The notes under the pieces are model-generated. The model did no database searches. It was not told where the DNA came from and was given only the letters and a program-made list of their open reading frames with translations. This document shows positions 46,448 through 56,178 of a stretch of DNA of 64,000 nucleotides, piece after piece. How positions within the stretch are numbered: the stretch's first letter is position 1; every line of letters starts with the position of its first letter. A program made the position numbers and the translations under genes. This stretch comes from a virus. The DNA lies in the IMG/VR virus record IMGVR_UViG_3300031952_000015, positions 6,146-70,145 of that record. The stretch is one strand, 5' to 3'.

Positions 46448-46849
46448 TTACTTTGCGAACTTCCAGTCAAGCGCCTTGAACGGCAGCTTGTTCTTCGCGT
46501 AGTCAGTGAGCCCGAGTCCTTCGATGTCCACCGAGTCGAACACCGCGCCGAAGATCGTGATCTTGCGGCCAGGAGTCTTGCCGGACGTGATCGTCCCAGT
46601 GAGCGTGAAGCTCGGCGGAACTGCCTGCTTCGGCATGATGTCGTTCAGGAGGTCCACGTCGAGGAAAGCTCGGCTGATCTCTCCGCTGATGTCAAATGCT
46701 CCGCCGACGATCTCGACTGGCATGTACGACGCTCCCTCATGAGCTACGACATTCGTGCGCTTTATGCTGACCGATGCGCTCTCGCACCCGCCGACAATCT
46801 TCTCGTTGAGCGCTATCTCAACGTCCCGCAGTGAAATCCTTTGATTCAT
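46448..46849 (-). CDS. Tail tube protein
   Basis: 133-aa beta-rich protein directly after the sheath; GGAGGTGA RBS. Confidence 0.8.
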   Translation of the reverse strand: MNQRISLRDVEIALNEKIVGGCESASVSIKRTNVVAHEGASYMPVEIVGGAFDISGEISRAFLDVDLLNDIMPKQAVPPSFTLTGTITSGKTPGRKITIFGAVFDSVDIEGLGLTDYAKNKLPFKALDWKFAK

Positions 46850-46863
46850 CTTCCATCACCTCC

Positions 46864-48267
46864 TTATATCCTCGTGATCGCAAGCGTCACGTTTATAAAA
46901 TTTATCGCGAACGTGGGCTGGACGCTCATGTTCACGTTGACGGTGTCAGGCGATACTCCAAGGACGACCTCAGTCGGATTGTAGGCTGCCAGGACCTCAT
47001 CTAAGACGTCCTGCTGCAGTACGCCATCAACTACTCTGGCCATTCGGTTCAAGACCCGGTCGAGGTTCGCCTCGCCCAGGAATGGGTCGAGCTTCACGTT
47101 GACTTGGGCTTTGACGTAGTCGACGATCCGCTGGATGTTCAGCTCATAGAACACCGAACTAAGGTCGCTGACGCGCGTGACGCCCCTCGCCACCTTGATC
47201 TCGCCGTTGATGAGGCTCACTGGGATGATCCCTACCCCAAGGAGCTCCTCCATCTCGTCGTTGGTGTAGTACTTCTTCGACACGGTCGAGTCAGCCATAA
47301 TCCCAGCCACGGTCAGGCTCTTGCGGGTGACTGCTGACTCCACATCTCGCCGTGCGATCTGGCCTGCCACCGCGGCAGCAAGGTATGTGCCGTCGAACTG
47401 GATTGCGACCGTCGCATAGCTCGGCTTGTACATGGCGTTCGGCGAGCACAATGCCAATCTTGATCCGACCGACGTCCTCGCCTTCTGTGTCGCGATCGAC
47501 TCGTTCACGGCTGGTCCAGCCATGAAGATGGCGAACTTCTTGTCAGTCGCTGCGCGAGCGTCGAGCTTCGCGACCATCGTCGCATGGTCTGCATCCGACG
47601 TCCACTCTGGCAAGAGCAAGATGTCGAAGTCCTCGAGCTTGAGCACGTTGTCGAACGCTGTCGTCACGTCAGAGAACGCGAGTCCTGAGACGCCGTCATT
47701 CCCGCCAGTCAAGTACGTCAATGTCACTGCGGTCACGAGCGCTGCGTTGTTGACTGCGATCGTCGCTAAGCTTGAGTTCAAGTTCACTGCAGCTGCGATC
47801 TCAGCGTTCGATGCGTAGCCGTTCGCATTGTTGTTGTTCGTGAAGTACTCAGTCGTCTTTCCGTCGGTGACGGTCATCGTCCGGCCAGATCCCTTCGTCA
47901 GGATCGTGACTGCGACGTTGTCGCCGTACGTCCCCTTGTACTTCGCGCTGACAGTGATGACGTCAGGCACGGCTCCAGCGCCAGCGAAGCTCTTGACAGA
48001 CTTGGCTGCGCCAGCTGCGCCGATCCGGACGCACTTCACAGTCGACGCGCCGTTCATGTACGCTAGGTCAGTCGCCTTCGCCAGCGTCAATCCCGACTTG
48101 TCGGCCTTGAAGTACTGCAGGAGCGTCGCGTACGAGCTGAAGCTCTGCACAGTGTTCATGTCGCCCCACTTGGCGGTCCCGACGACCGCCAAGATCGCAG
48201 GCGCTCCCGGCGTGGTGAGCGTTATGTTCTCCTGCGTGGCGATCTCGATCTTTGGTAGGTATCCCAC
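46864..48267 (-). CDS. Contractile tail sheath protein
   Basis: AVVGTAKWG, AKYKGTYGD, LTGGNDG, AAAVAG, QPTFAINFINVT. Confidence 0.92.
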   Translation of the reverse strand: MGYLPKIEIATQENITLTTPGAPAILAVVGTAKWGDMNTVQSFSSYATLLQYFKADKSGLTLAKATDLAYMNGASTVKCVRIGAAGAAKSVKSFAGAGAVPDVITVSAKYKGTYGDNVAVTILTKGSGRTMTVTDGKTTEYFTNNNNANGYASNAEIAAAVNLNSSLATIAVNNAALVTAVTLTYLTGGNDGVSGLAFSDVTTAFDNVLKLEDFDILLLPEWTSDADHATMVAKLDARAATDKKFAIFMAGPAVNESIATQKARTSVGSRLALCSPNAMYKPSYATVAIQFDGTYLAAAVAGQIARRDVESAVTRKSLTVAGIMADSTVSKKYYTNDEMEELLGVGIIPVSLINGEIKVARGVTRVSDLSSVFYELNIQRIVDYVKAQVNVKLDPFLGEANLDRVLNRMARVVDGVLQQDVLDEVLAAYNPTEVVLGVSPDTVNVNMSVQPTFAINFINVTLAITRI

Positions 48268-48268
48268 G

Positions 48269-48448
48269 TTATGCACCTCGTTGTTTCTTGAGCTCTTCGA
48301 ACTCAGATTCATTCATTGTCTCCTTGTCCCACCAGGCAAACAGATCGGGGTCCAATCCCCTCTCTTGTGCCCACTCGGTAGGACGCATCCTCCTCGCTTC
48401 GCGCGTGATCTGAGGATCTTCAATGCTTGTCTTCTTTTTCTTTCCCAT
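48269..48448 (-). CDS. Small hypothetical protein (59 aa; not in the ORF track)
   Basis: MGKKKKTSIEDPQ...LFAWWDKETMNESEFEELKKQRGA exactly fills the gap between tail terminator and sheath. Confidence 0.55.
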   Translation of the reverse strand: MGKKKKTSIEDPQITREARRMRPTEWAQERGLDPDLFAWWDKETMNESEFEELKKQRGA

Positions 48449-49084
48449 CTATGCCACCGTCACATTCAGGTTGATGTTCGCGATGTTCTCGACAGTGCTC
48501 GCCGGGTCAGTGAGGTCCATCTCCCACTCGTCGAACATTGTGATCGTCGCCGAGATCGTCTTCGCATGCAAGAAGTTGTTGTCCTCGTAGGCCTGCGAGA
48601 CTGAATTCACCCTGATGTCCATATTGCTCACGATGAAGTATGCTGAGCGGTAAGTCTCGAGCAGCTTCGCGACCTTGTCGCCCATGAAGTCAGTCTGCTT
48701 CGTGTTCTGCATCGCGACAGTCGATCCGTCGTAGAGCGTGACGACGTGAGACTGGTTCCGCTTTGTGAAGACTGTGACTGTGACTGGAAGCGTGATGACC
48801 CTTCCGTAGATGATGCGGACGACGTTCCCAGCGATCTTCTCGTTCCGGACGAAGTTCCCAGGACCATAATCAGAGTAAGATGCTGCGCCGCAAAGGATCG
48901 CCACCCTCGGATAGCTTTCGTCGTTCGCCTCTGGAGTGCTCGGGTAGATCCACTGCCGCTCGCGGGCGGTCGGCTTAGCAGCGCGGACAGGATTGATGTC
49001 TGCGACCTTCTGAGAGATCAGATTGTACAGCGCCTGCATCGGGGCGAAGCTCGCGTGATTCCGTCCCTTGAATACTTCTGCCAT
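48449..49084 (-). CDS. Tail terminator / completion protein
   Basis: Position before the sheath; WIYP...YPRVAI pattern. Confidence 0.6.
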   Translation of the reverse strand: MAEVFKGRNHASFAPMQALYNLISQKVADINPVRAAKPTARERQWIYPSTPEANDESYPRVAILCGAASYSDYGPGNFVRNEKIAGNVVRIIYGRVITLPVTVTVFTKRNQSHVVTLYDGSTVAMQNTKQTDFMGDKVAKLLETYRSAYFIVSNMDIRVNSVSQAYEDNNFLHAKTISATITMFDEWEMDLTDPASTVENIANINLNVTVA

Positions 49085-49214
49085 TCTCGCTCTCCCGGTC
49101 AGCCGGGTTCGACCTCCGAGTCATTTCGAAGGTGGGTGGCATGCTGGATTCACTGGAGCTGCGTGGCAATCAGACCCGGCATGCCAGATCCCAGACATCC
49201 TACGGCAAGAGGAC

Positions 49215-49229
49215 TATTTAAATATGATT
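49215..49229 (-). promoter_or_regulatory. Putative late promoter AATCATATTTAAATA
   Basis: Identical to 194-208. Confidence 0.62.
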
Positions 49230-49770
49230 ATGCTCTGGCGAGCGCTGACTCGATCGCCGACTTGAACTTCTCCTCGAGTCCCTTGTCCTGGAGGATGTCG
49301 AAGATGAAGTGGATGCCCTTGAAGCCAGGGTGGTTCACCTTCCGGGCGAAGCAGAAGTACCTTGAGCCCTCCTTAGAGTACCCTAAGACCGGCATCCCAA
49401 GCTTATTGTAATACCAGATCTGGCCGTGCTCTCTGAAGATCCGCTGATCTTTCGATGTCCTCAAGGTGGGCGCCACCCAATTCCCCTCGGAGTCCTTCAG
49501 CGGGAACTTGAGCATCTTCTTCGACTTCGGCCTGATGACGTGAGCTTTTGTCCCCTCCTCCAAGAACGCGATGACGTCTCCCTTCGGGTTGGTGATCGCG
49601 TACGAGAAGTCGCCGAGCGAGAACGACTCCCACTGGGACGCAGTGAATCCAGTGAGCTTCGGCGTCCGCTTGATGAGCTCCGCGACGTAGACTTTCTCCA
49701 AGGCCTTGAGGATCTCCTTGTCCAGCTTGTCGAAGTCGATGAACCGCTTCGGGAACAAGACCTCAGGCAT
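49228..49770 (-). CDS. Neck protein (HK97 gp10-like)
   Basis: RTPKLTG...W...FLEEGTKAHVIRPK...KVNHPG. Confidence 0.8.
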   Translation of the reverse strand: MPEVLFPKRFIDFDKLDKEILKALEKVYVAELIKRTPKLTGFTASQWESFSLGDFSYAITNPKGDVIAFLEEGTKAHVIRPKSKKMLKFPLKDSEGNWVAPTLRTSKDQRIFREHGQIWYYNKLGMPVLGYSKEGSRYFCFARKVNHPGFKGIHFIFDILQDKGLEEKFKSAIESALARA

Positions 49771-49771
49771 C

Positions 49772-50182
49772 TCATGCCTCCTGGTCGATCCTCGTCAAGT
49801 CGAAGTTGATGAACGCCACCTCGCCCGCGTAGGCGCTCTTGTTCAACCCAGTGACGCGGTACACATAATTTCCGATCTTGATGATGTCAAGGCCTCGGAT
49901 GTCCTCGCTTGACTTCGCGAATGCGCTGAGCTTCGTGTCAGGCGTGATGATGCCAGCCTCCATGCGCTTGTAGGCGTCAGTGCTCACGCCCTGGACGTTC
50001 AACCATACCTTCCGTCGGATCGTGCTCGACGACTCAGATTCCTTGAAGTAGTTTCCAGCGTCTGGGTTCTCCTGCCGGATCAGCTCTACCTCGATGATGT
50101 TCTTCTTCCAGATGAACTCGAAATCTTCTCTGACCTGAGCGATGTCAAGGTCCGCATCTGAAGCGTAGTACTCATCTGCCAT
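49772..50182 (-). CDS. Head closure (stopper) protein
   Basis: 136 aa, DIIKIGNYVYRV beta-barrel pattern; position in the neck module. Confidence 0.6.
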   Translation of the reverse strand: MADEYYASDADLDIAQVREDFEFIWKKNIIEVELIRQENPDAGNYFKESESSSTIRRKVWLNVQGVSTDAYKRMEAGIITPDTKLSAFAKSSEDIRGLDIIKIGNYVYRVTGLNKSAYAGEVAFINFDLTRIDQEA

Positions 50183-50191
50183 CTCGATGCC

Positions 50192-51337
50192 TCACGGCGT
50201 GTCTGGGACTGTCTGGAGCGTGCTCTTGATGAATGTGTATCGCTTGATCGTCGGCGCTCTTCCAGTCGTCCCGCGCGTGAAGACGCACTGCCAGTTCTGG
50301 ATCAGCGCGTTGATCTCCTTCTTGTTCGCGTCGACGATCCCTTTCAGGCCGGTGAGATCTAATGTGACAGTGACGCTGTTGATGCTCCAATTGCTTATCC
50401 CGCGCTGCATCCGCCTGAACGGGATGTTCTGGAAGATGTAGTTCACGGCATAGAGAGTATTCAACCGCTCAACAATTGCTGCGTAGTCCTCCAGCTGCCG
50501 CTGAGTGCCGAAGTATTCCACGGCTAAGCTCTTGCTCCCAGTCGGGTGCTCTGAGCCGAATGTCAAGATCCTCCGGTCGATGTCAATCCCAGTGATGTCG
50601 CTCGAGACATACGTCCTGGTGCCATCTGGCGCTTGCTCGTAGACCACAAAGTCCTCCTTATTGATCTTGCCGTCGAGGTTCGCGTCGGCGAATTCGAGGT
50701 TCTCAGTGTTGATCTCCTGAGTCAATCCCCTCGCGGTCGTGACGAACTTCCCTGGAGCGTAGAGCTTGATCCGGATCTGCTTCGCGCCGCAATCTAAAGC
50801 TTGCGCGATGAACTCGTCCTCGCCCTCGATCTTCGTCAAGTTCTTGAACTGCTCGACAGTCAAGTAGCCATAGATCGTCGGGACCTTGATCGGCGAGCTG
50901 AACTGGCTCAATGTGCTCGTCGTGTTGTAGTATTCTACTTTGTACCAGTAAGAATCGCTCCCAGTCGGGTCGACAAAGACTGCCTGGTTGTGCATGTCCT
51001 GCCAGTCGACGTCCCTCGTATCGATCAGAGCATAGGTGATGTTGTCCGCTGAGCGGTAAAGCCGAATCTTGTTGAACAAGCTTTTCCGTACCGGTGCGAG
51101 CTTCCCATGGGCAAATGATGTCGCGGCAACTGTCATGGTGGAGATCGTCGGGATAGTCAAAACTTGCCGCATCTCGCATCGCTCATTTCCGACCGACTCG
51201 ATGATGATGTAATCATTCACTGCGAATTCTGTCGTATTGATGACGGTCAAAGTAGTGACTAATGCGGCATGATCAGATGCCAGTTGCGTGACCTCAAGAT
51301 CCGCGAGGTTCGGGTTCGGGTACTTAATGACTTTCAT
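50192..51337 (-). CDS. Head-tail adaptor with N-terminal accessory domains
   Basis: YLTVEQFKNLT...SINSVTVT adaptor-like C-terminal half. Confidence 0.55.
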   Translation of the reverse strand: MKVIKYPNPNLADLEVTQLASDHAALVTTLTVINTTEFAVNDYIIIESVGNERCEMRQVLTIPTISTMTVAATSFAHGKLAPVRKSLFNKIRLYRSADNITYALIDTRDVDWQDMHNQAVFVDPTGSDSYWYKVEYYNTTSTLSQFSSPIKVPTIYGYLTVEQFKNLTKIEGEDEFIAQALDCGAKQIRIKLYAPGKFVTTARGLTQEINTENLEFADANLDGKINKEDFVVYEQAPDGTRTYVSSDITGIDIDRRILTFGSEHPTGSKSLAVEYFGTQRQLEDYAAIVERLNTLYAVNYIFQNIPFRRMQRGISNWSINSVTVTLDLTGLKGIVDANKKEINALIQNWQCVFTRGTTGRAPTIKRYTFIKSTLQTVPDTP

Positions 51338-51492
51338 CGTCTTGACCTCTTCAACTCTTTTAGAATTTCGATGAGGATCTGCTTCTCAGTCAGATTCTCC
51401 AGCCGTAAATCCTCTATCTCCCGGATGCTGTATTTGCTCCTATGCTCTTCTTTAACACTTCCACTTTTTAAATGTTCTGGTTTGATTGCCAT
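51334..51492 (-). CDS. Small hypothetical protein (52 aa; not in the ORF track)
   Basis: MAIKPEHLKSG...ILIEILKELKRSRR, coupled to both neighbours. Confidence 0.45.
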   Translation of the reverse strand: MAIKPEHLKSGSVKEEHRSKYSIREIEDLRLENLTEKQILIEILKELKRSRR

Positions 51493-52862
51493 CAGGGTGT
51501 CACCATGTTGCTCGGATTCGCATAGTACGTCAGGCTGAGGTCGTAGAGCTTCGGCGTTGTTGCCACATCAGTTGTCGTGAGGTCGGCCTTCCACTGGATG
51601 TACCTGCCGTTCAGCGTTATCGCCTCGCCGTTGGCCAGGGCCGCGCTCCAGTCAGACCACGTGATTCCATCCACACTTGTCCGCACCTTGTACGTCGAGG
51701 TCGTGCCAACAGGCAGGCTCTGGTTGAAATAAATTTTGTCCCAGTCGTTGTTCGGATAGGAGCTGTCATAAGAGTTGCTCGTGTACATTCCGGACGTCGG
51801 GTAATCCGCGCCCCACTCGCCCCCCGTGTAGCGCTGCAAGACCTGCGCCTCCGACAATTCCTTGTCGTAGAGGATTGCCTCGTCGATGAGGCCACTGTAG
51901 GGCGCGGTCGCTGCGTTCCGCATCCCTATAAGGCAATTCCCTGCGAAGAGGATGCTGTAACTCAGAACCGTTCCGCTTGTTGTCGTTGAAGCGAGTGCTC
52001 CGTCGATGTAGACTTTCAGCCCTGAAAGCGCACAGTTGCCGTTGTACGTTGCGATGACGTGATGCCAGTTGCTGTCGTTGAACTGCAAGTCTGTCGTCTT
52101 GGCGATGTAGTAGCCATTCGTGACATTCGCGCTGAGAATCATCTGGACTTTACCATTGTTCATATTGAGCTCCCATCCGGCGTATGCGAGCCCGATGTGG
52201 GATCTCCTGGCGATGAGTGCCATCGTCGCAGTCGAATTTGTCTTGAACCAGCATTCGACGGAGAACTTGCTCGTGCGCTCCCAGTTCGCGATGTCGCCGC
52301 AGTTGACGTACATATTGACGCCATCAAACTGCAAGCAGTTGTAGAATCGGCCAGGCACCCATAGCGGCAAGTTGACAGTCGTGCCGTTCCGGTTGTTGCC
52401 AGTCGCGTCTGGGGCGTTCGTGCCGCTTGCTTCGTTGAGGTGCCAGCAGGCATAAGCAGTTGTTGAGCCGCCCTTGAGCGTGACCGCACCGCCGGATTCC
52501 GATATGACCTGCGTGTCTGAGAACGTGCCCTTGTTGAAATCGGTTTCAGTCGTCCACCGGACTTCGATGCGCTCAAGGGGGTATGTCCGCAACGAGTTCA
52601 TCACGACCATCTCAGGCGGGAACGACACGGCTGTAGCCGTTTCGCAGAAGCACGACTCGGACGTGACCTCCTGGTCTTCGATGTCCTTCTCGTCGTCGTG
52701 CGTGAACCCATATATCACCTTCTTGGAACTTCCTGCTGTCCCTGTGCAGATGATGTACTCGTAGATGACGAAGTCGTACTGGTGCTCTATGATGCGCAGC
52801 GACTTGTCGACGTACCCTGTGAGCAGCTTTATCGAGTCCAGCTTGTCTTGCACTTTCACCAT
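51492..52862 (-). CDS. LamG/concanavalin-A-like domain virion protein
   Basis: WHLNEASG...DATGN...LQFDG...FSVECWFK...WHHVIATY...YIDG...GLIDEAILYDKELS. Confidence 0.85.
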   Translation of the reverse strand: MVKVQDKLDSIKLLTGYVDKSLRIIEHQYDFVIYEYIICTGTAGSSKKVIYGFTHDDEKDIEDQEVTSESCFCETATAVSFPPEMVVMNSLRTYPLERIEVRWTTETDFNKGTFSDTQVISESGGAVTLKGGSTTAYACWHLNEASGTNAPDATGNNRNGTTVNLPLWVPGRFYNCLQFDGVNMYVNCGDIANWERTSKFSVECWFKTNSTATMALIARRSHIGLAYAGWELNMNNGKVQMILSANVTNGYYIAKTTDLQFNDSNWHHVIATYNGNCALSGLKVYIDGALASTTTSGTVLSYSILFAGNCLIGMRNAATAPYSGLIDEAILYDKELSEAQVLQRYTGGEWGADYPTSGMYTSNSYDSSYPNNDWDKIYFNQSLPVGTTSTYKVRTSVDGITWSDWSAALANGEAITLNGRYIQWKADLTTTDVATTPKLYDLSLTYYANPSNMVTP

Positions 52863-52864
52863 CG

Positions 52865-53767
52865 TCAGACCTCATCATAAGCTATCGAGACGAACACTGA
52901 CGTCGAGTTGGAAATGCCTGTAGTGTTCAGCACCACGCTCTCGTTGACTCCGCCCAATTTGTTTATAGGCATCCAGTTCGATGGCCCCTTCTGCTTCTCC
53001 ATAAAGCACTGCCAGATGAGCACCCCTGCGCCACTCACGAAGTTGGCCTTCACTGAGATGACCGCCACTGTGTTGGAATCTATCAACACGCCATATGCGT
53101 GTATCCTCTTCCCTGTAGCTGGAGTTATCAGGTTTGTATTGGTCTGCTGACCCGTGTACGTCTGCTGGAACGAGCGCGGCGGCAGCTGGAAGAATCCTCC
53201 GCCTCCGCTCATCGTGGCATTCACATCCAGGCGGTTGTTTGTGACAGTGACGTCGTTCGCGCCGTCAGTCAGCTTCGTGCGCTGCGTGCCGTTGGCCTGA
53301 CGCACAAAGATATTGTCAAGGACAATCTTGATAGTGTCGAGCACTCCCTTAACAAGCGCGAGCGTAGTCTGCGTTGCGAAGTCCTTGAGGTTCAGCGCGT
53401 CAAGCCTCGTGTGCGTGCCAGCGTCGGGGAAGTCAGCGGGCCAGTTGCTGACTCCGACCGTCTCGCCGTCGAGCGTCACCTTGAGATCATTTGCCCCATT
53501 GAACGTGAACTTGTCGATCTGGAGCTTGACGCCGTTGAGAGTTATCTCAGATGCGAGACTCTCAGACTGGACGAAGATCGCATTCTTAGTGGAGTCGAGA
53601 GCAACACTTACCTTGACGTCCAGCACGCCGTCTCGGATCTTGACGACGTCGCCAACACCGCCGCCGCCAAGAGAATCTACGCACAGGCCGACCTTGCCGT
53701 CAAGCCTTAGGGCGGTGTCTACATATTGGGTCCCGTGCTGGTTGGTGAGGACTCCGGCCATCCTCAA
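52865..53767 (-). CDS. Putative head fibre / decoration protein
   Basis: Fibrous segments (DFATQTTL, VTVTNNRLDVNA) plus a C-terminal beta domain. Confidence 0.5.
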   Translation of the reverse strand: MRMAGVLTNQHGTQYVDTALRLDGKVGLCVDSLGGGGVGDVVKIRDGVLDVKVSVALDSTKNAIFVQSESLASEITLNGVKLQIDKFTFNGANDLKVTLDGETVGVSNWPADFPDAGTHTRLDALNLKDFATQTTLALVKGVLDTIKIVLDNIFVRQANGTQRTKLTDGANDVTVTNNRLDVNATMSGGGGFFQLPPRSFQQTYTGQQTNTNLITPATGKRIHAYGVLIDSNTVAVISVKANFVSGAGVLIWQCFMEKQKGPSNWMPINKLGGVNESVVLNTTGISNSTSVFVSIAYDEV

Positions 53768-54057
53768 CCACCCTTGCTCTTTATCAGGTCTTTGAGAAAC
53801 ATCACCACGAGGTTGAACACAATCGTCACCCCGCTCGCGATGGTTGCTACCGCCATCTTGATGTTGTTCCTGAACTGCTCAAGCGAGTGAACCCGCGAAT
53901 CTAAATCTTCAAGTTTCTTGACTGTGGATTGCTGCTGCTCTTTCATTGATATCTTTATCTCGATCTGCTCGTTGTGGATGTCCTCGAGCTTCGCCTTCAC
54001 ATAGCCCTGCCACTTGTCTGTCTTGGACTTCCAGCCATTGTGGTTATTGGCTGCCAT
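53764..54057 (-). CDS. Coiled-coil protein with C-terminal membrane helix (XhlA/holin-like)
   Basis: LEDLDSRVHSLE then MAVATIASGVTIVFNLVVMF. Confidence 0.55.
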   Translation of the reverse strand: MAANNHNGWKSKTDKWQGYVKAKLEDIHNEQIEIKISMKEQQQSTVKKLEDLDSRVHSLEQFRNNIKMAVATIASGVTIVFNLVVMFLKDLIKSKGG

Positions 54058-54058
54058 C

Positions 54059-54373
54059 TTATGCCTCCGGGATCCCTCGGTCGAACAGGTAGTCGGCGTA
54101 GAACTTCAAGAGGATCGGATGGTCGTCCTTATCAGACAAGACAGCATCGCTTAGGTCTGCGTCAGCGTAGAGCTCCTTGATCTCAGCGTACGAGATGCCT
54201 GTGATGATGACTAAGCCGTCCCAGCTGAACGAGATCTCGATCCCGTCGGGCGACTTGCGGTAGAATAGTATGTGGTATGGAGGGTCAGGGCTCCTCAGTG
54301 CTTCCATGAAGTACTTCTTGTAGTCCGCGAACTTGATCCGCTTGACATCAGCCGCCTTGACTGTGATCTCCAT
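54059..54373 (-). CDS. Hypothetical protein
   Basis: 104-aa ORF in the late operon. Confidence 0.55.
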   Translation of the reverse strand: MEITVKAADVKRIKFADYKKYFMEALRSPDPPYHILFYRKSPDGIEISFSWDGLVIITGISYAEIKELYADADLSDAVLSDKDDHPILLKFYADYLFDRGIPEA

Positions 54374-54650
54374 CCTTCACCTTCTCCAGCTGCTTCGTAT
54401 TCTCAGGAGTGACGATCTCCTTGATCGCCTTAGAAGTGTCAGGGACGTCGGTGATGATCTTCGGCTCGCCACTCACCCTCGCGAGCTCCTCGTCAGTGAC
54501 TACCTCGAGGATCCCGCCGTCCAAGGCGAGCTCGACGAGCTTGTTGCCTGGAGATACCTCGACTCCCACGCGGTCGTCCTTCCGCAGGGTGATGCCGTTG
54601 CCAGAATCCCAATACCAGTTGCTGTACTTCTCGCTAAGCCTTACGCGCAT
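54348..54650 (-). CDS. Hypothetical virion-associated protein
   Basis: 100-aa ORF with AAGGTGA RBS. Confidence 0.55.
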   Translation of the reverse strand: MRVRLSEKYSNWYWDSGNGITLRKDDRVGVEVSPGNKLVELALDGGILEVVTDEELARVSGEPKIITDVPDTSKAIKEIVTPENTKQLEKVKDGDHSQGG

Positions 54651-54674
54651 TTGTGTTCACCTTCTCGGTTGAAC

Positions 54675-54710
54675 TAAAAAGTAATCAGGGGGATCGCTCC
54701 CCCTGAAAAA
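54675..54710 (-). terminator. Hairpin plus T-run after the capsid decoration gene
   Basis: TCAGGGGGA-TCGC-TCCCCCTGA inverted repeat flanked by A-runs on the plus strand (T-runs on minus). Confidence 0.6.
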
Positions 54711-54732
54711 CTTGAGACGTTGTCAGCTCTGC

Positions 54733-55086
54733 TCAGATGAAGAGCAAGAGCACTCTCAGTCCGTTGTCCGGCGCAGTTGTCGTCTTGGTCTCGATGGCGA
54801 TCGCGGTGAGCGTGCCAGCGGCGAGCGCGGTCAGCGTCTGGCCGTCTGCCTTCAGCTCAAGCTTGTCGCCGAAGCTGTAGGTCGCATTGTCAGTCAGCGG
54901 CGACTTGACGATGCCGCTCACGATGACGCCGACGAGCTCGCCGGCAACCTTCGTGGCGTTCGCCATGCCGATCGCTGTCGCTGCGCCGTCGTTGCCGACC
55001 ACTCCGCCAGAGCCGTCCTGCTTGACGTACTGGTTCGCGAGGATGCCGCCAGTCCCGACGACAGCCCCGAGTATGTAGCTCTTCAT
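54733..55086 (-). CDS. Capsid cement/decoration protein (DUF2190-like)
   Basis: 117-aa Gly/Ala-rich protein after the MCP; AIGMA...GELVGVIVSGIV...FGDKL...DG. Confidence 0.7.
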   Translation of the reverse strand: MKSYILGAVVGTGGILANQYVKQDGSGGVVGNDGAATAIGMANATKVAGELVGVIVSGIVKSPLTDNATYSFGDKLELKADGQTLTALAAGTLTAIAIETKTTTAPDNGLRVLLLFI

Positions 55087-55183
55087 AGTCGTTTCCTCCT
55101 TCTTGGGTTTACTCCTGCTGGATGACCCCCTCCCTCGCGGGAGGAGTGTTCACCCGATGAGGAGAGCGATGCTCTCAGTCTGC

Positions 55184-56161
55184 TCAGGCTGTGCCCTTGC
55201 AGATGGCGTACGGGTAGATCACGGCCAGCACGTACGACATGAGGCCGACGACCTCACGATCGTATGGGCGACCCGGGATCGCGCCCTCGTAAGTCTGCAG
55301 ATCTGACTCCTTGATCAGCATCGCAGCCTTCTTGTTGTCAAGCACAAGGTACTTGGCAGCTGTGAGGAACGGCGTCTCCACGAGCTTCAAGTTGCCGAAT
55401 ACCAACGCGGGGCGGTTGATGACGAACTCGTCACCAGGCCGTGCGTTGGCATAGTACACGTGAGCTTTCCACTCAGCAGTCTTCTTGAGCGTGCCTGACT
55501 CAGATGTCGCAAGCACCAGGCGGTTCGCCAGGAAGCCGTAGGGCACGCCGTTCGCGTACACAGCAGCGTTGACCTTGGTCTCCGAGTTGATGATGTTGTC
55601 GTAGGTCGTTCCGCCGCCCTGTGAAGATCCGGCGCCGGCTGCGAGCCCGTTCACGATGTCAGTGGCGAGCTTCCTTGTGATGGCGTCAGCTGCGTTCTGC
55701 AGGACGAACTTCACGAAGTCGGTCATGCCCCTCTTCATGATCTGCCATGTGAGCGCAGTGCCCGCGACCACTGGACGGCAGGTGACTGTGATTGAGTCAG
55801 CACCCTCGTCGAAGTAGTTCACGACCTGGCCTTCTGCGATCTCGTAAGCGATCGTGGGCAGCAAGCGCGGGATCTGGTATGCGCCGAATCCGCCCTTGTT
55901 CAGGAGATCGTTGTTCATGAAGACAAGCTCCATGATGTCCTTGATGTTCTCGATGGCCGCGCTGTAGAGCGTGGTCGAGAGCATTGTGGTGTAGGCGCCG
56001 CTACCGGTCGTTGTGGTCACGTCCTCCTTGAACGTGATGCCGAACGATTCGGCGAGCACTCGCGTCTCTGGCTTGGCTGCGAATGACTCAGCGAGCAGCT
56101 TTCCAGCCATCTCTGTCAACTGGTTGCCGTAGTTTGTGAACTGCGGCGCTTTGTATGCCAT
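55184..56161 (-). CDS. Major capsid protein (HK97 fold)
   Basis: 325 aa after protease and scaffold; IAYEIAEGQ, ADAITRKLATDIV, FGNLKLVETP. Confidence 0.85.
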   Translation of the reverse strand: MAYKAPQFTNYGNQLTEMAGKLLAESFAAKPETRVLAESFGITFKEDVTTTTGSGAYTTMLSTTLYSAAIENIKDIMELVFMNNDLLNKGGFGAYQIPRLLPTIAYEIAEGQVVNYFDEGADSITVTCRPVVAGTALTWQIMKRGMTDFVKFVLQNAADAITRKLATDIVNGLAAGAGSSQGGGTTYDNIINSETKVNAAVYANGVPYGFLANRLVLATSESGTLKKTAEWKAHVYYANARPGDEFVINRPALVFGNLKLVETPFLTAAKYLVLDNKKAAMLIKESDLQTYEGAIPGRPYDREVVGLMSYVLAVIYPYAICKGTA

Positions 56162-56178
56162 AGTTGTCCCCCTCCGTT

